Notes under the pieces: generated by a model | The model's database searches: none | Told to the model about the DNA's origin: nothing | What the model saw: the letters and a program-made list of their open reading frames with translations, nothing else | NCBI GenBank assembly: GCA_002269645.1 | Contig: NIVC01001758.1 | Coordinates: 62,001-126,000, forward strand | Reading direction: 5' to 3' | Source of the DNA: Macrostomum lignano | Taxonomy: Eukaryota | DNA length: 64,000 nt | In this document: one piece after another, positions 15,013-26,444 of the stretch | How positions within the stretch are numbered: the stretch's first letter is position 1 | Layout: every line of letters starts with the position of its first letter | Made by a program: the position numbers and the translations under genes

Positions 15013-15427
15013 CAGTACTGATAACTCAGTTCTCGCAGAGATCTGACAGGCAACTCAATTTCTGAGGGGGGTAGCGCTGAGCTCAAAATCGGACACAATT
15101 TAGCAAGAAGGCGGAGTTGCCGCAGCTCAGCAAATTCAGCTGCTGAAATGAGACACAGATTTCCTCGCCTAAACTGACGATTACGGAAGGGACTGGTCAC
15201 GAGCGCTTGAATTTGGTCAAACGCAATTTATCGGCTCAGCAGAATCCTCGCCCTCTATTTCTCTCTGCCAGCCGTTCTCCATTCCTCTCGCTCATTCTAG
15301 CAATTAACCATGTTGCGTGTTCAGCACTCAGTTCTTTCTGTTGACATTTGCGCATTGCGGTATCAACTTTGACATTCTTTTGAAACTTGGGAGAAACTGA
15401 TTTTGGTGTCGGACTAATCCTATGTAG

Positions 15428-16022
15428 CAATCAGACTGTTCTCATGCAGTCAACAGACTGTTCTCATGTAGCAATCAGACTGTTCTCATGTAGCTATCAG
15501 ACTGTTCTCATGTAGCTATCAGACTGTTCTCATGTAGCTATCAGACTGTTCTCATGTAGCTATCAGACTGTTCTCATGTAGCTATCAGACTGTTCTCATG
15601 TAGCTATCAGACTGTTCTCATGTAGCTATCAGACTGTTCTCATGTAGCTATCAGACTGTTCTCATGTAGCTATCAGACTGTTCTCATGTAGCTATCAGAC
15701 TGTTCTCATGTAGCTATCGGACTGTTCTCATGTAGCTATCAGACTGTTCTCATCTAGCTATCGGACTGTTCTCATGTAGCTATCAGACTGTTCTCATGTA
15801 GCTATCAGACTGTTCTCATGTAGCTATCAGACTGTTCTCATGTAGCTTTCAGACTGTTCTCATGTAGCTATCAGAATGTTCTCATGTAGCTATCAGACTG
15901 TTCTCATGTAGCTATCAGACTGTTCTCATGTAGCTATCAGACTGTTCTCATGTAGCTATCAGACTGTTCTCATGTAGCTATCGGACTGTTCTCATGTAGC
16001 TATCAGACTGTTCTCATGTAGC
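15428..16022. repeat. 22-bp minisatellite ATCAGACTGTTCTCATGTAGCT, left part (interrupted by the LTR element)
   Basis: The same unit resumes at 20979 after the element. Confidence 0.97.
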
Positions 16023-16203
16023 TGTAAACTGAGAGAAGGCGAGAGTTAAGCGAGACCAAAAACACACGAAGTGGCTAAAGCCACGCGCAACGATTTATAT
16101 ATTTGCAATGTACATCAATCAATGTACATCGCGATTATTTGCAGATGAATAACTCCGACCCAATAACAACCACACAACAGCGAAAACATTCACGCCTCTT
16201 ACA
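16023..16203 (-). repeat. 3-prime LTR
   Basis: TG...CA termini; preceded on the minus strand by the PPT. Confidence 0.96.
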
Positions 16204-16216
16204 TCACTCCTTCCCT
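16204..16216 (-). other. Polypurine tract AGGGAAGGAGTGA
   Basis: Purine run abutting the 3-prime LTR on the minus strand. Confidence 0.88.
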
Positions 16217-16404
16217 AAATTGAGGATAATAAAAAACTGCGAAAAGACAAAAGAGGCAGTAAAACCATGAGAATTAAAAATGCACGAATAGCAAAAATGA
16301 ACCAGTAAACTAGTTTTGCGCAGCATAAAAATCAGGCGGTCTTCGAGTCCTTGCAGAACGCCGAGGGCCGACTGCGGTCGGCTCATCCAGCAAGTCCGTC
16401 CAGG

Positions 16405-19400
16405 TCAGCCGCGATCGACAGCCGGGCTGGGCGGTCGGCCGGCCTCTGCAGCGGGCGGAGTCGGGGCGGACTGCCAGGAAGCGGGCTGCGGCCGCCTGCG
16501 CACGAACAGCTTGAGCCGGTCGTGATGCACCACCGTGCTTCGTCTCCGGCCGGCGGGTTTTGAGATCCGGTAGGTGACGGGGCTCAGCCTCTCGAGCACG
16601 CGGTACGGTCCCAGCCACCGCCGACGGAGAGCCTTGGACTGGCCCTTCAACACCGCCGGGTTGCTGAGCATCACCAGCTGCCCGACTTGGATCGGCGTGA
16701 AGTGCTGGCGCTTGTCGTACTGCTGCTTCCGTGACCGCTGTGTCGACTGCAGGCGCTGCCGCACGAGCTGCAAGCCGGTGCGAGCGTCTGCCAGCGTGTC
16801 CGTGACGAGCCTCCTTTCGCCGCCTGCAGGTAAACTGAGCTCTGCCGGGATCCTGGGGTCACATCCGTGAAGCACTGCGTAGGGCGACCTCTTGGTGGTG
16901 CAGTGCGCTGAAGAGTTGTACGCCCAGATGACGTACGGCAGGAAGTCCGCCCATTTGTTCTGCTGTTCCATGCAGTACGCCGCCAGCATGTCGCCTAATG
17001 TTCGGTTGAACCGCTCGACTGCAGGGTTGCCGCTGGGATGGAAGGGTGTCGTTCTTGTCTTGCGAATATCCAGCAGGCGGCACAGCTCTTGGAAGATGTC
17101 ACTTTCAAACTGACGACCCTGATCGAGTGGATGACTTCGGGCGCTCCGTGGCGAAGAACGACACTCCTTAGCAGCGCATCCGCAACCGTCCGGGCCTCAA
17201 TGTTGGACACCGCGGTCGCCTCAACCCACTTGGAAAACACGTCCGTGAAGCAGATTATGTACCTGAGGCCGGCTTCAAGTCTCTGGGAGGGGCCCTTTGA
17301 TGTCCACCTGCCACCATCTCCAGGAGCTGATGGCACGGTGTTGATCTGCAGCGGTGCCCTCTGGTGCTGATGCGGTACCTTGCGACGCTGAACCACTTCG
17401 CAGCTGTCACCCAGTGCTGGACGTCGTCCTTTAGGCCGGGCCACCAAGCTCTGCTGACGACTCTGGCCAGCGTCCTTTCGGTTCCGAGGTGCCCGCTTGC
17501 AGGATCGTCGTGCAGCAGCTGCCAGCAGGTCCTGGCGAAGCTGCGCGGGATGACGGGTTGGCCACTCTTCTTGAGGACGCCATCTTCACCAAGGTCCAGC
17601 TTCTCTGTCCTCACCAGGTGTTCTGCGTCATCTGCAGCCTTGCCACGTCTTGGCCTTTGTCCGAGGAGCACTTGTCGAGCCGCCGCTAGCACTGGGTCGT
17701 CAGCCTGCGCTACACGGATGTCGTTGTCCGACCAGGCAGGGTGCAGCCGGGTCGCCGCTGCTCGGCTCAGTGCGTCCGCAACAACGTTTTCGCGACCAGG
17801 TCTGAAGAGCAGCTTGAAGTTGATCTCCTGCAGAAACGTAATCCATCTGGCTAGCCGGCCTTCTGGCTCCTTCGTGTTGAGCAGTCCTTGCAACGGCTTG
17901 TGGTCGGTGAAGACGAGAATTTCGCCAGCGGACGCCAAGTAGTTCCGGAAATGCTTCATCGCCCAGACCACCGCAAGAAGCTCTCTGTGGGTAGTCGAAT
18001 AATTGCGCTCCGCTTTGTTCAGGACTCTCGACGCGTAGGCTACCGGACACTCGGCATCTTCGTGGAGCTGGCTCAGGACGCCGGCGATGGCCACTCCGCT
18101 GCTGTCACAGCACAACCGGAATCCCTTGGAGTAGTCAGGCAGCTTCAGTACGGGTGGTGTCGACAGAGCTGACTTCAGCTTCCGCAGAGCGTCATCGCAC
18201 TGAGTTGTCCATTGAAACTGTCGACTCTTCTGAGTCGCCTGATGAAGCGGATTAGCGATGCTGGCGAAGTGCGGAACGAAACGCCGGTAGAAGCCCAGCA
18301 TGCCGACAAGCCGGCGAACATCCTCAGCGCATTCGGGTATCGGGATGGACTGGATAGCGCTGACCTTGTCCTGAGTTGGTCGAATGCCTTCTGCCGAGAT
18401 TTTGTGTCCTAGGTACTCAACCTCCTGGAAGCAGAAGTAGCTCTTGCGTTTGTTCAATTTGAGGCCGGCAGACTGCAGTCTTCCCAGGACCTGTTCCAGT
18501 GTTTCCGCATGCTTCTCGAAGGTCTGACTAAACAGAATCAGATCGTCCATGTACGTGAGCACCTCTGTCCAGTTCAGGCCGGCCATCGTTAGGTCCATCA
18601 GGCGCTGAAAGGTTGCCGGGGCGTTGCAGAGGCCGAACCCGAGTTTCCTGTACTGCATCAGGCCCTGCGTGGTGTAGAAAGCGGTCTTCTCCCGGTCTTG
18701 CTCTCGCAGCTCAACCTGCAGGAACCCTTGGCGGAGGTCAAGAGTGCTGAACCAACTGCTTCCAGTGAGCGCGTCCAGCGCAGCAGACAGCGGAGGCAGC
18801 GGGTAGGCGTCCTTCACGGTGCACGAGTTGAGGGCTCTCCAGTCGGTGCAGATTCGAATCTCGTTGTTTTTCTTTCGCACCACAAGCAGATTACTCGCCC
18901 ATGGACTGCAGGACGGCTCGATAATCCCGTGACGCCGCATCTCGCTAATTTTCGCGTCCACTTGCTGCCGGTAATTCAGGGGAACGGTCCGTTGCCTATG
19001 CTTGATGGGGCGACTGCCGGGTTCCAGATTAATCTCGTGTTGCAGCAGGTGTGTTGTTCCCAGGTCAAACTCGTGCCTGGCGAATGCCTGCTCTGCCTGG
19101 CACAGCAAGGATTCGATGCGCTCGCGCTGCGACTCGCTCAGCTCCGGGTTGATGTTAAAGCCAGCTTCCTCTTCACCAGGTTCACCGTCTGCTCCGTTTA
19201 CTTCTGCAGCGTCGAAGTTGCCGATTGCCTGGTTCTGGTAGAGCACCACCGGGTCGGCACTCACGTTGCAGACGCCCACTGGGAGATTTCCGTCTACGCT
19301 GGAGACCACCAGAGCCCTGTTTGGCAGCAGGCCAGTCTTGTCGATAAAATCTGAGCTGGGCTCGAATAGACCCTGCTCGACAGACGATGGCACTTTGACT

Positions 19401-19930
19401 GGGATGATGACGCGGCTGCGGGCTGGAATGGACACGGTGCTGGCAACTCTGGCAATCACGGCGGTGGGCACCACTCGGCAGGCCTGCGAGGAGCTCCTGT
19501 CCGGCAAGATCGAGATCCTGGTTGACCCCAGCTGGACAGAAGACGCCGGGAGATTGACGCTAAAACTTGAGCACATTTTCCCGATGGCGTCCATACCGAG
19601 CACGCATTCCGGCTGAATCCCGGCAACCACCATTACCTGGTGCTCCACGGATGGCAGTCCCTCTAGCTGTATCGCTAGCGTTGCACTCGCCGGAGACTCC
19701 AAGCGTCGACCATCGATTCCGACCGGAGTGCTGATAGGAGGATGAAGCTGAGCATCGACTCCTAGAACTCGAAGCAGCGCAGCTGAAACTAAAGTTACCT
19801 GTGCGCCAGTGTCGAACAGCCACCTGCAGGGCCGGCCAGCAATGCTGCCGGGCAGAAATATTGAGACGGTTTGGGCCTTGCTAGGCAGGGCTGGTGATGG
19901 CCCGCGCTCACCAGTACTCAGAAGTTTCCC
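16405..19930 (-). CDS. pol: Pol polyprotein (PR, RT, RNase H, integrase); integrase is interrupted by several single-base indels in this sequence
   Basis: LFDTGAQV protease; YPLP, STLDLRQGFLQV and YMDD reverse transcriptase; CCDSSG...YSTTHRELLAV...TDHKPL RNase H; HDDPASGH zinc finger; DVFSKW, HS-DQG and HPSGNPAVERFNRTL core; WLGPYRV GPY/F motif; no chromodomain. Confidence 0.93.
19873..19930 (-). promoter_or_regulatory. Predicted -1 ribosomal frameshift signal: G GGA AAC heptamer plus H-type pseudoknot
   Basis: Heptamer at 19930-19924 is in the gag frame (TCG GGA AAC TTC TGA); the -1 frame gives FGKLLST of pol. After a 9-nt spacer, stem 1 is CUGGUGA/UCACCAG and stem 2 is GGGCC/GGCCC. Confidence 0.8.
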
Positions 19931-20760
19931 GAAGCCGGGGTCGGGCAGACCTCGGCCCGGTGTCCTCTGCCTGAGCAGCGGCTGCACACAGACGGCACAG
20001 CTGGAGCGACTTGCTTGCCTGGACACTGAGCAGCGAAATGACCGGGCTGAGCGCAGTTGAAGCATTTTCCACGGGTGCTGCCTCTTCCACGAGCTGCATT
20101 CCTTCTCCCACCGCGCTGTCCTCCGCGGCTGCCAATGGTGGCGACCGTCGCAGCCAGATCCGCCAACTGCTCTTGCATTTGCTCCAGCCGGTCAGTCACT
20201 TGGCTGCTCACCGATGTCACTGCGACGCTTGCCGGGGCTCCTTTGCTGCCGATGCTCTCCAGCGCTGTGGCGCGGTCTGCCAGCTGTTCAGGACTGCTGC
20301 TGTCATAATCCGAAGCTTTCAACAGAGCCTCACGGATCTCTGTCGGCAGCAGAGCTAGCAGTCGGTGTCGCACTTCGCAATCTCTCACCGTTTGAGCGTG
20401 CTCCGGGCGTGCCTTTCGATACAGAAGCTTGAGTGCGTAGCACAGCTCCCTCAGCGACTCTCCTTGGCGTCGCTTCCGGCTCTCGAACTCAGACATAGCG
20501 CGAAAAGTGTTATCCTTGCCTCTGTAGAACTTGACGAGTTCGTCCTTTAAGATCTTGTAGCTGCTCTGTTTGGCCGCTGGCAGGTCCCAGACGAACACGA
20601 GGGCTTCACCTGATAGAAGCAGCTTGATCTTGGATGCCATCTTGGTGTCGTTCCACTCAGAATCTGCTGCAAAGTCCTCAAACATCTGCAGCCACATGTT
20701 GATATCAGTATCGTCTGAGCCAGAAAACTTTGGCGGTAAAAGTGCATTTGCGTGCGCCAT
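19918..20760 (-). CDS. gag: Gag with two CCHC zinc knuckles
   Basis: First ATG at 20760 (MAHANALLPPKFSG...); CFNCAQPGHFAAQC and CSRCSGRGHRAEVC. Confidence 0.93.
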   Translation of the reverse strand: MAHANALLPPKFSGSDDTDINMWLQMFEDFAADSEWNDTKMASKIKLLLSGEALVFVWDLPAAKQSSYKILKDELVKFYRGKDNTFRAMSEFESRKRRQGESLRELCYALKLLYRKARPEHAQTVRDCEVRHRLLALLPTEIREALLKASDYDSSSPEQLADRATALESIGSKGAPASVAVTSVSSQVTDRLEQMQEQLADLAATVATIGSRGGQRGGRRNAARGRGSTRGKCFNCAQPGHFAAQCPGKQVAPAVPSVCSRCSGRGHRAEVCPTPASGNF

Positions 20761-20784
20761 GAGTGAGCCGGTTTGCAACTGAGG

Positions 20785-20796
20785 CCGCTGCCACCA
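20785..20796 (-). other. Primer-binding site TGGTGGCAGCGG, complementary to a tRNA-Leu 3-prime end
   Basis: One base from the 5-prime LTR; matches the CCGCUGCCACCA end of eukaryotic tRNA-Leu (AAG/UAG-type), recalled from known tRNA sequences. Confidence 0.8.
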
Positions 20797-20797
20797 A

Positions 20798-20978
20798 TGT
20801 AAACTGAGAGAAGGCGAGAGTTAAGCGAGACCAAAAACACATGAAGTGGCTAAAGCCACGCGCAACGATTTATATATTTGCAATGTACATCAATCAATGT
20901 ACATCGCGATTATTTGCAGATGAATAACTCCGACCCAATAACAACCACACAACAGCGAAAACATTCACGCCTCTTACA
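20798..20978 (-). repeat. 5-prime LTR
   Basis: 180/181 identical to 16023-16203; contains TATATAAA on the minus strand. Confidence 0.96.
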
Positions 20979-22212
20979 TAGCAATCAGACTGTTCTCATG
21001 TAGCTATCAGACTGTTCTCATGTAGCAATCAGACTGTTCTCATGTAGCAATCAGACTGTTCTCATGTAGCTATCAGACTGTTCTCATGTAGCAATCAGAC
21101 TGTTCTCATGTAGCTATCGGACTGTTCTCATGTAGCTATCAGACTGTTCTCATGTAGCTATCAGACTGTTCTCATGTAGCTATCAGACTGTTCTCATGTA
21201 GCAATCAGACTGTTCTCATCTAGCTATCAGACTGTTCTCATGTAGCTATCAGACTGTTCTCATGCAGTCATCAGACTGTTCTCATCTAGCTATCGGACGG
21301 TTCTCATGTAGCTATCAGACTGTTCTCATCTAGCTATCAGACTGTTCTCATGCAGTCATCAGACTGTTCTCATGTAGTCATCAGACTGTTCTCATGCAGT
21401 CATCAGACTGTTCTCATGTAGCTATCAGACTGTTCTCATGTAGCTATCAGACTGTTCTCATGTAGCTATCGGACTGTTCTCATGTAGCTATCAGACTGTT
21501 CTCATGTAGCTATCAGGCTGTTCTCATCTAGCTATCAGACTGTTCTCATGCAGTCATCAGACTGTTCTCATGTAGTCATCAGACTGTTCTCATGCAGTCA
21601 TCAGACTGTTCTCATGTAGCTATCAGACTGTTCTCATGTAGTCATCAGACTGTTCTCATGTAGCTATCGGACTGTTCTCATGTAGCTATCAGACTGTTCT
21701 CATGTAGCTATCAGACTGTTCTCATGTAGCTATCGGACTGTTCTCATGTAGCTATCAGACTGTTCTCATCTAGCTATCGGACTGTTCTCATGTAGCTATC
21801 AGACTGTTCTCATGTAGCTATCAGACTGTTCTCATGTAGCTATCAGACTGTTCTCATCTAGCTATCAGACTGTTCTCATGTAGCTATCAGAATGTTCTCA
21901 TGTAGCTATCAGACTGTTCTCATGTAGCTATCAGACTGTTCTCATGTAGCTATCAGACTGTTCTCATGTAGCTATCAGACTGTTCTCATGTAGCTATCGG
22001 ACTGTTCTCATGTAGCTACCAGACTGTTCTCATGTAGCTATCGGACTGTTCTCATGTAGCTATCAGACTGTTCTCATGTAGCTTTCAGACTGTTCTCATG
22101 TAGCTATCAGACTGTTCTCATGTAGCTATCGGACTGCTCTCATGTAGCTATCAGACTGTTCTCATGTAGCTATCAGACTGTTCTCATGTAGTCATCAGAC
22201 TGTTCTCATGCA
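20979..22212. repeat. 22-bp minisatellite ATCAGACTGTTCTCATGTAGCT, right part
   Basis: About 55 units; same unit as 15428-16022. Confidence 0.97.
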
Positions 22213-22619
22213 ACTTTTTCTCATAAAACTCCTGCATTATTTTATTGAATTATTGAAATAAAGATACGGCGAAAAGATCAGACAAAGGCACGTCATACTA
22301 CTGGCTACTATATAAAATACAGATTAGAAAGTCGCAAAAATTATTACAAACAAGCAAATTTGAAATAAAGAAAATGTTTTAAACAGAAATCTGCGGAGAC
22401 TTATAGGAACACGTAATTATTTAAAAAATGTCTTCCAACGAAATTGCATAATTGCGAAACAAAATTGCAACGAAATTGCAACGAGACTGCATAAAAACCT
22501 GATACCAGGGTAAGTTATATTTGGGTTACTGTAAGTAGTCAAAGTAGCGTATAGCAACTACAACTACAGTATATAAGAAAGAAACTATTAAAGTAGAAAA
22601 ATCTTACAAGGCAGTTAAG

Positions 22620-23249
22620 CAACCTGTAGTGACAATAATGGATGAAATTAAGTAAGCATAGTGACAATAATGGATAAAATTGAGTAAGCAGAGTGACAAT
22701 AATGGATGAAATTAAGTAAGCAGAGTGACAATAATAGATGAAATTAAGTAAGCAGAGTGACAATAATGGATGAAATTAAGTAAGCAGAGTGACAATAATG
22801 GATGAAATTAAGTAAGCAGAGTGACAATAATGGATGAAATTAAGTAAGCAGAGTGACAATAATGGATGAAATTAAGTAAGCAGAGTGACAAACTGAGTGA
22901 CAGATATGATGACAACGATAGCGTCAATGAGAGTGACAACTACAGCGACTAAGAGATCCACAAAGACCGAGAGTGACAAAGATGGAGAGTGACAAAGATC
23001 GAGATTGACAAAGATTGAGAGTGACAAAGATGGAGAGTGACAAAGACCGAGAGTGACAAAGACCGAGAGTGACAAAGACCGAGAGTGACAAAGACCGAGA
23101 GTGACAAAGACCGAGAGTGACAAAGACCGAGAGTGACAAAGACCGAGAGTGACAAAGACCGAGAGTGACAAAGACCGAGAGTGACAAAGACCGAGAGTGA
23201 CAAAGATGGCGAGCGACAAAGACCGAGAGTGACAAAGATGGAGAGTGAC
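22620..23249. repeat. Adjacent 32-bp (AATTAAGTAAGCAGAGTGACAATAATGGATGA, about 22620-22890) and 16-bp (GAGAGTGACAAAGACC, about 22950-23249) arrays sharing a GAGTGACAA core
   Basis: Direct inspection; abuts the stop codon of the minus-strand PAN-LamG gene. Confidence 0.92.
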
Positions 23250-23253
23250 AGCG

Positions 23254-24899
23254 TCAGCACAGCGAGTCGAGCAGCCGCAGCTCGGCGAGGCTGAGGTTGG
23301 CAGCGGCCAGCCCGTAGGCGACAAAGCTGCCCCTGAACGGATAATACACATCGAAGCCGAGTCGCAGGCCGCCGTCTCCGACGTCGCCGGTGTTCGCCGA
23401 CGCCGACACCGGGGTGTCGACGAAGCTGCCGTTGAAGTAGTTCCGCACTGAAGCCGTCGCTGCTTCGTTGACAGTCATGACGACGCCGGCGCTGAAGACC
23501 GTCTGCGCGCCGCTGCTGGTCGGGTACACCTGGCTGGACGCGGCGAACTCGGTCGGCGCCAGGGCGCGGTGCAGCAGCATCGGCCGCGCCATGGCGTCGC
23601 GCCAGTAGCCGGTCGGCTGGACGGCCGCCGAGGCGGAGCCGGCGGTGCTCCGGTTGTAGAAGCTGTGGAAGGCCGGGCTCTCGTAGCTGAACCGGCGGGA
23701 CACCTGGACAGGGTGGCGGTGGTTTGGGGTTCGAATCCTCGACTTCCTACTCTAAAAATATACCTTCTTATTCATTAATTCTCTAGTATTACCATCAATG
23801 CCTCTATTCTCATCCTTAATCTCTTCATTCTCATCCTTAATCTCTCCATTCTCATCCTTAATCTCTCTATTCTCATCCTTAATCTCTCTATTCCCATCAT
23901 TAATCTCTCTATTCTCATCCTTAATCTCTCTATTCTCATCCTTAATCTCTCTATTCTCATCCTTAATCTCTCTATTCTCATCCTTAATCTCTCTATTCTC
24001 ATCCTTAATCTCTCTATTCTCATCCTTAATCTCTCTATTCTCATCCTTAATCTCTCTATTCTCATCCTTAATCTCTCTATTCTCATCCTTAATCTCTTTA
24101 TTCTCATCATTAATCTCTCTATTCTCATCCTTAATCTCTCTATTCTCATCCTTAATCTCTCTATTCTCATCCTTAATCTCTCTATTCTCATCATTAATCT
24201 CTCTATTCTCATCCTTAATCTCTCTATTCTCATCATTAATCTCTCTATTCTCATCCTTAATCTCTCTATTCTCATCCTTAATTCCTTCATTTTCACCATT
24301 AGGTCTCTCTATTCTCACCCTCGGATCCCAGGAAGCAAGCCACCAACCTTAGCGTAGAAGGTGACCTCCCCAGCCGGTCCAAGCAGCTGTCGAAGTCCGC
24401 CGCTGCCGCTGCCGCCCCCGTCGTGTCCGACAGGAATTTCTAAGAAATCGGCTAGCGCTCCGCTGAAGCTGACGCCGTCTTTATTTCGGGACACCGCGCC
24501 GCGCGGCTTGGCGTCGCCCAGGCTGTTGTTGCTGACAGCCCGGATCAGGTTCTCGTAGCCAACTCGGAAGCAGTAGAATCCAAGGAGCCGGCTGGCCAAG
24601 GTCGGCGGCAGCGTCGGTCGGCGAACGTCGCTCCGACAGTCGCCCGGCTGCCAGGCGGCGGCGAGGTCGGCCAGGCTGCCCAGGCGGCAGTCGGAGCTGG
24701 CGTTGACGTGGAAGACGGCACAGTCGGGGCTGATGGCGCACTCGACAGCGCAGCTCCGACGGTGGCGCAGGCCGACCACGGATCGACCGGCGGCTGCGGT
24801 CGACGGCGGGCAGGAGGCGTCCTGGACGAAAGTGACCGACACGGCCGAGGCGGCAGCGGCAGCAAAGACAATAAACAGCGACGTGCCTGAGAGAACCAT
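23254..24899 (-). CDS. Secreted PAN/Apple plus concanavalin-A/LamG-like protein, paralog A (about 333 aa); exons 24899-24348 and 23703-23254
   Basis: Signal peptide MVLSGTSLFIVFAAAAASA; PAN-like cysteine pattern (RRSCAVECAISPDCAVF...SDCRLG); phase-0 intron AAG|GTTGGT...TCCAG|GTG; C-terminus LRLGF...FRGSFVAYGLAAANLSLAELRLLDSLC aligns with paralog B. The domain names come from motif resemblance. Confidence 0.8.
23805..24310. repeat. 21-bp intronic minisatellite ATTCTCATCCTTAATCTCTCT
   Basis: Fills the paralog A intron; explains the IKDENRE ORF. Confidence 0.96.
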
Positions 24900-25053
24900 T
24901 GAAATTGGTTGAAAAAACGATTATATATACGAGCTTTCAATACATTTTCTGATTCTTGAAATTGCTTAAAACATTTGATTGTTTATTGGGTAATCTTGAT
25001 GGGTGACCAGAGACCTCTGGAAACGCTTGGATTGGAAGCTATCTCTGGAGCAA

Positions 25054-25280
25054 ACTTTGAAAAGCTTTGAGCAAGTGTTTGAGCAAGGTTTGAGCAAGGT
25101 TTGAGCAGGGTTTGAGCAGGGGTTTAAGCAAGATTTGAACAGGGTTTGAGCAGGGTTTGAGCAAACTTTGAGCAGACTTTGAGCAGGGTTTCAGCAGACT
25201 TTGAGCAGACTTTGAGCAGACTTTGAGCAGGGGTTTGAGCAGGGTTTTGAGCAAAGCTTTTAGCAAAGTTTTAACAAGGT
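25054..25280. repeat. About 10-11-bp degenerate repeat (TTTGAGCAG core)
   Basis: Direct inspection. Confidence 0.88.
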
Positions 25281-26254
25281 TCAATCAATGTAATAGATAA
25301 ATACAGTAATATTTTTCCAGTACTCATACAATCAGTCACTGTAAGTGAAAAGGACAGTGTTGTCACAGAAAATATCTATTTTTAGAAGAGAATAGTTCAG
25401 TTCGTGGCTTCGCGCCAGAGGCGAACAACAGAAAACACAGGCCACATGACAGTCTTGGAGGCATTGAAATTTTTTGATAGGCCAGTGCGCTAAAAAATTC
25501 ACGGCTGTCCTCAGGTGAACCCTGGCCCCCCGAGGTTAGTACTCAATGAGGCCTGGCTCCACTGATGGCAGCCGAGAAGCGTGGGAGGTTGGCCTGGGGA
25601 AACAGTGGGAAAAGCTGCCTTAATTGCTGCTGGCTTTGTTGACCGCTCTGGGGGTTTGGGGAGAAAGCAATTTTTTTGGTCTCGCGTTTCTTAGAAACAG
25701 TGGTTGCGATTCTAAAATTTAATCGGCTCAAATTTGAATTCGTCACGCGAAAAAAAAGAAATGCATCTCTGCAAGTTATTGAGCATTCAGAGAGCACAGA
25801 GTGTACATGTCAGGAACGCTGTACACTCTGTGTGAGCGTGTGCATGATTGCGTTGCCTGCTTACAGTATTGGCACACTTTCATGTGCTCAGGGTGCCCTA
25901 CAGTCCTTCCCGCGAATATTTGCCGTATGTAAAACTGTTCACTACTAATTCTTAAACGACGTGTGTCGCTTCTGATGTAAAATACATTAAAAAAGGAATT
26001 CGCACTCACTTGAAACCAGTTGAGAACCGGGCATTGTCTTTTACCAAGTTAACAGCGGGCAGATCGGATATTTTGAGCTAGTAAATAACTTCGACTCAGC
26101 TGCAAAGCAATTGCTACACTGCGTGTGTACTGAGTTGGGAATAAATCAGTTGATGAAGATTAAGTGAGAGAGGCTGGATTGGCGGAAAACAATGGGCTGA
26201 GTGAGACGGCTTCTCATTGTTCAACACGGAGAGAATTGTGGACAAAAATACGAC

Positions 26255-26268
26255 GTTTCCATGGTAAC
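26255..26268. promoter_or_regulatory. RFX X-box GTTTCCATGGTAAC
   Basis: Exact match to the GTHNYY-AT-RRNAAC consensus, located between the divergent paralogs. Confidence 0.5.
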
Positions 26269-26444
26269 AGCGCTGCTGCTGCTGCTGCTGCTTGCGTGGG
26301 CTGTTGTACTTGAATCCAATGGATTTTGTTTTTATTACTTTCCTAGAGCTGCAAACTTTCATTGGAACGAACAGTTGAGGTACAGTAGAGGGGCACTAAT
26401 AGTCCTGCTGAAGAAAGAAGTGAAGAAGAGGAGGACAAGTTGAA

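Larger units (their letters stand above)
16023..20978 (-). mobile_element. Full-length compact Ty3/Gypsy LTR retrotransposon (4956 bp)
   Basis: TGT...ACA LTRs at 16023-16203 and 20798-20978 (181 bp, one C/T difference at 16067/20842); 4-bp TSD TAGC (16019-16022 and 20979-20982); PBS and PPT present; gag, then PR-RT-RNaseH-IN order. Confidence 0.97.

Noticed and set aside
16574-20782. Plus-strand ORFs overlapping the retrotransposon
   Set aside because: Antisense shadows of GC-rich gag/pol; no motifs of their own.
23728-23740. GGTTCGAATCC B-box suggesting a tRNA or SINE
   Set aside because: No cloverleaf or properly spaced A-box could be built; it is an isolated motif in an intron.
23752-24352. 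Coiled-coil-like IKDENRE / MRIERLR ORFs
   Set aside because: 21-bp intronic minisatellite; all frames are open only because of the unit composition.
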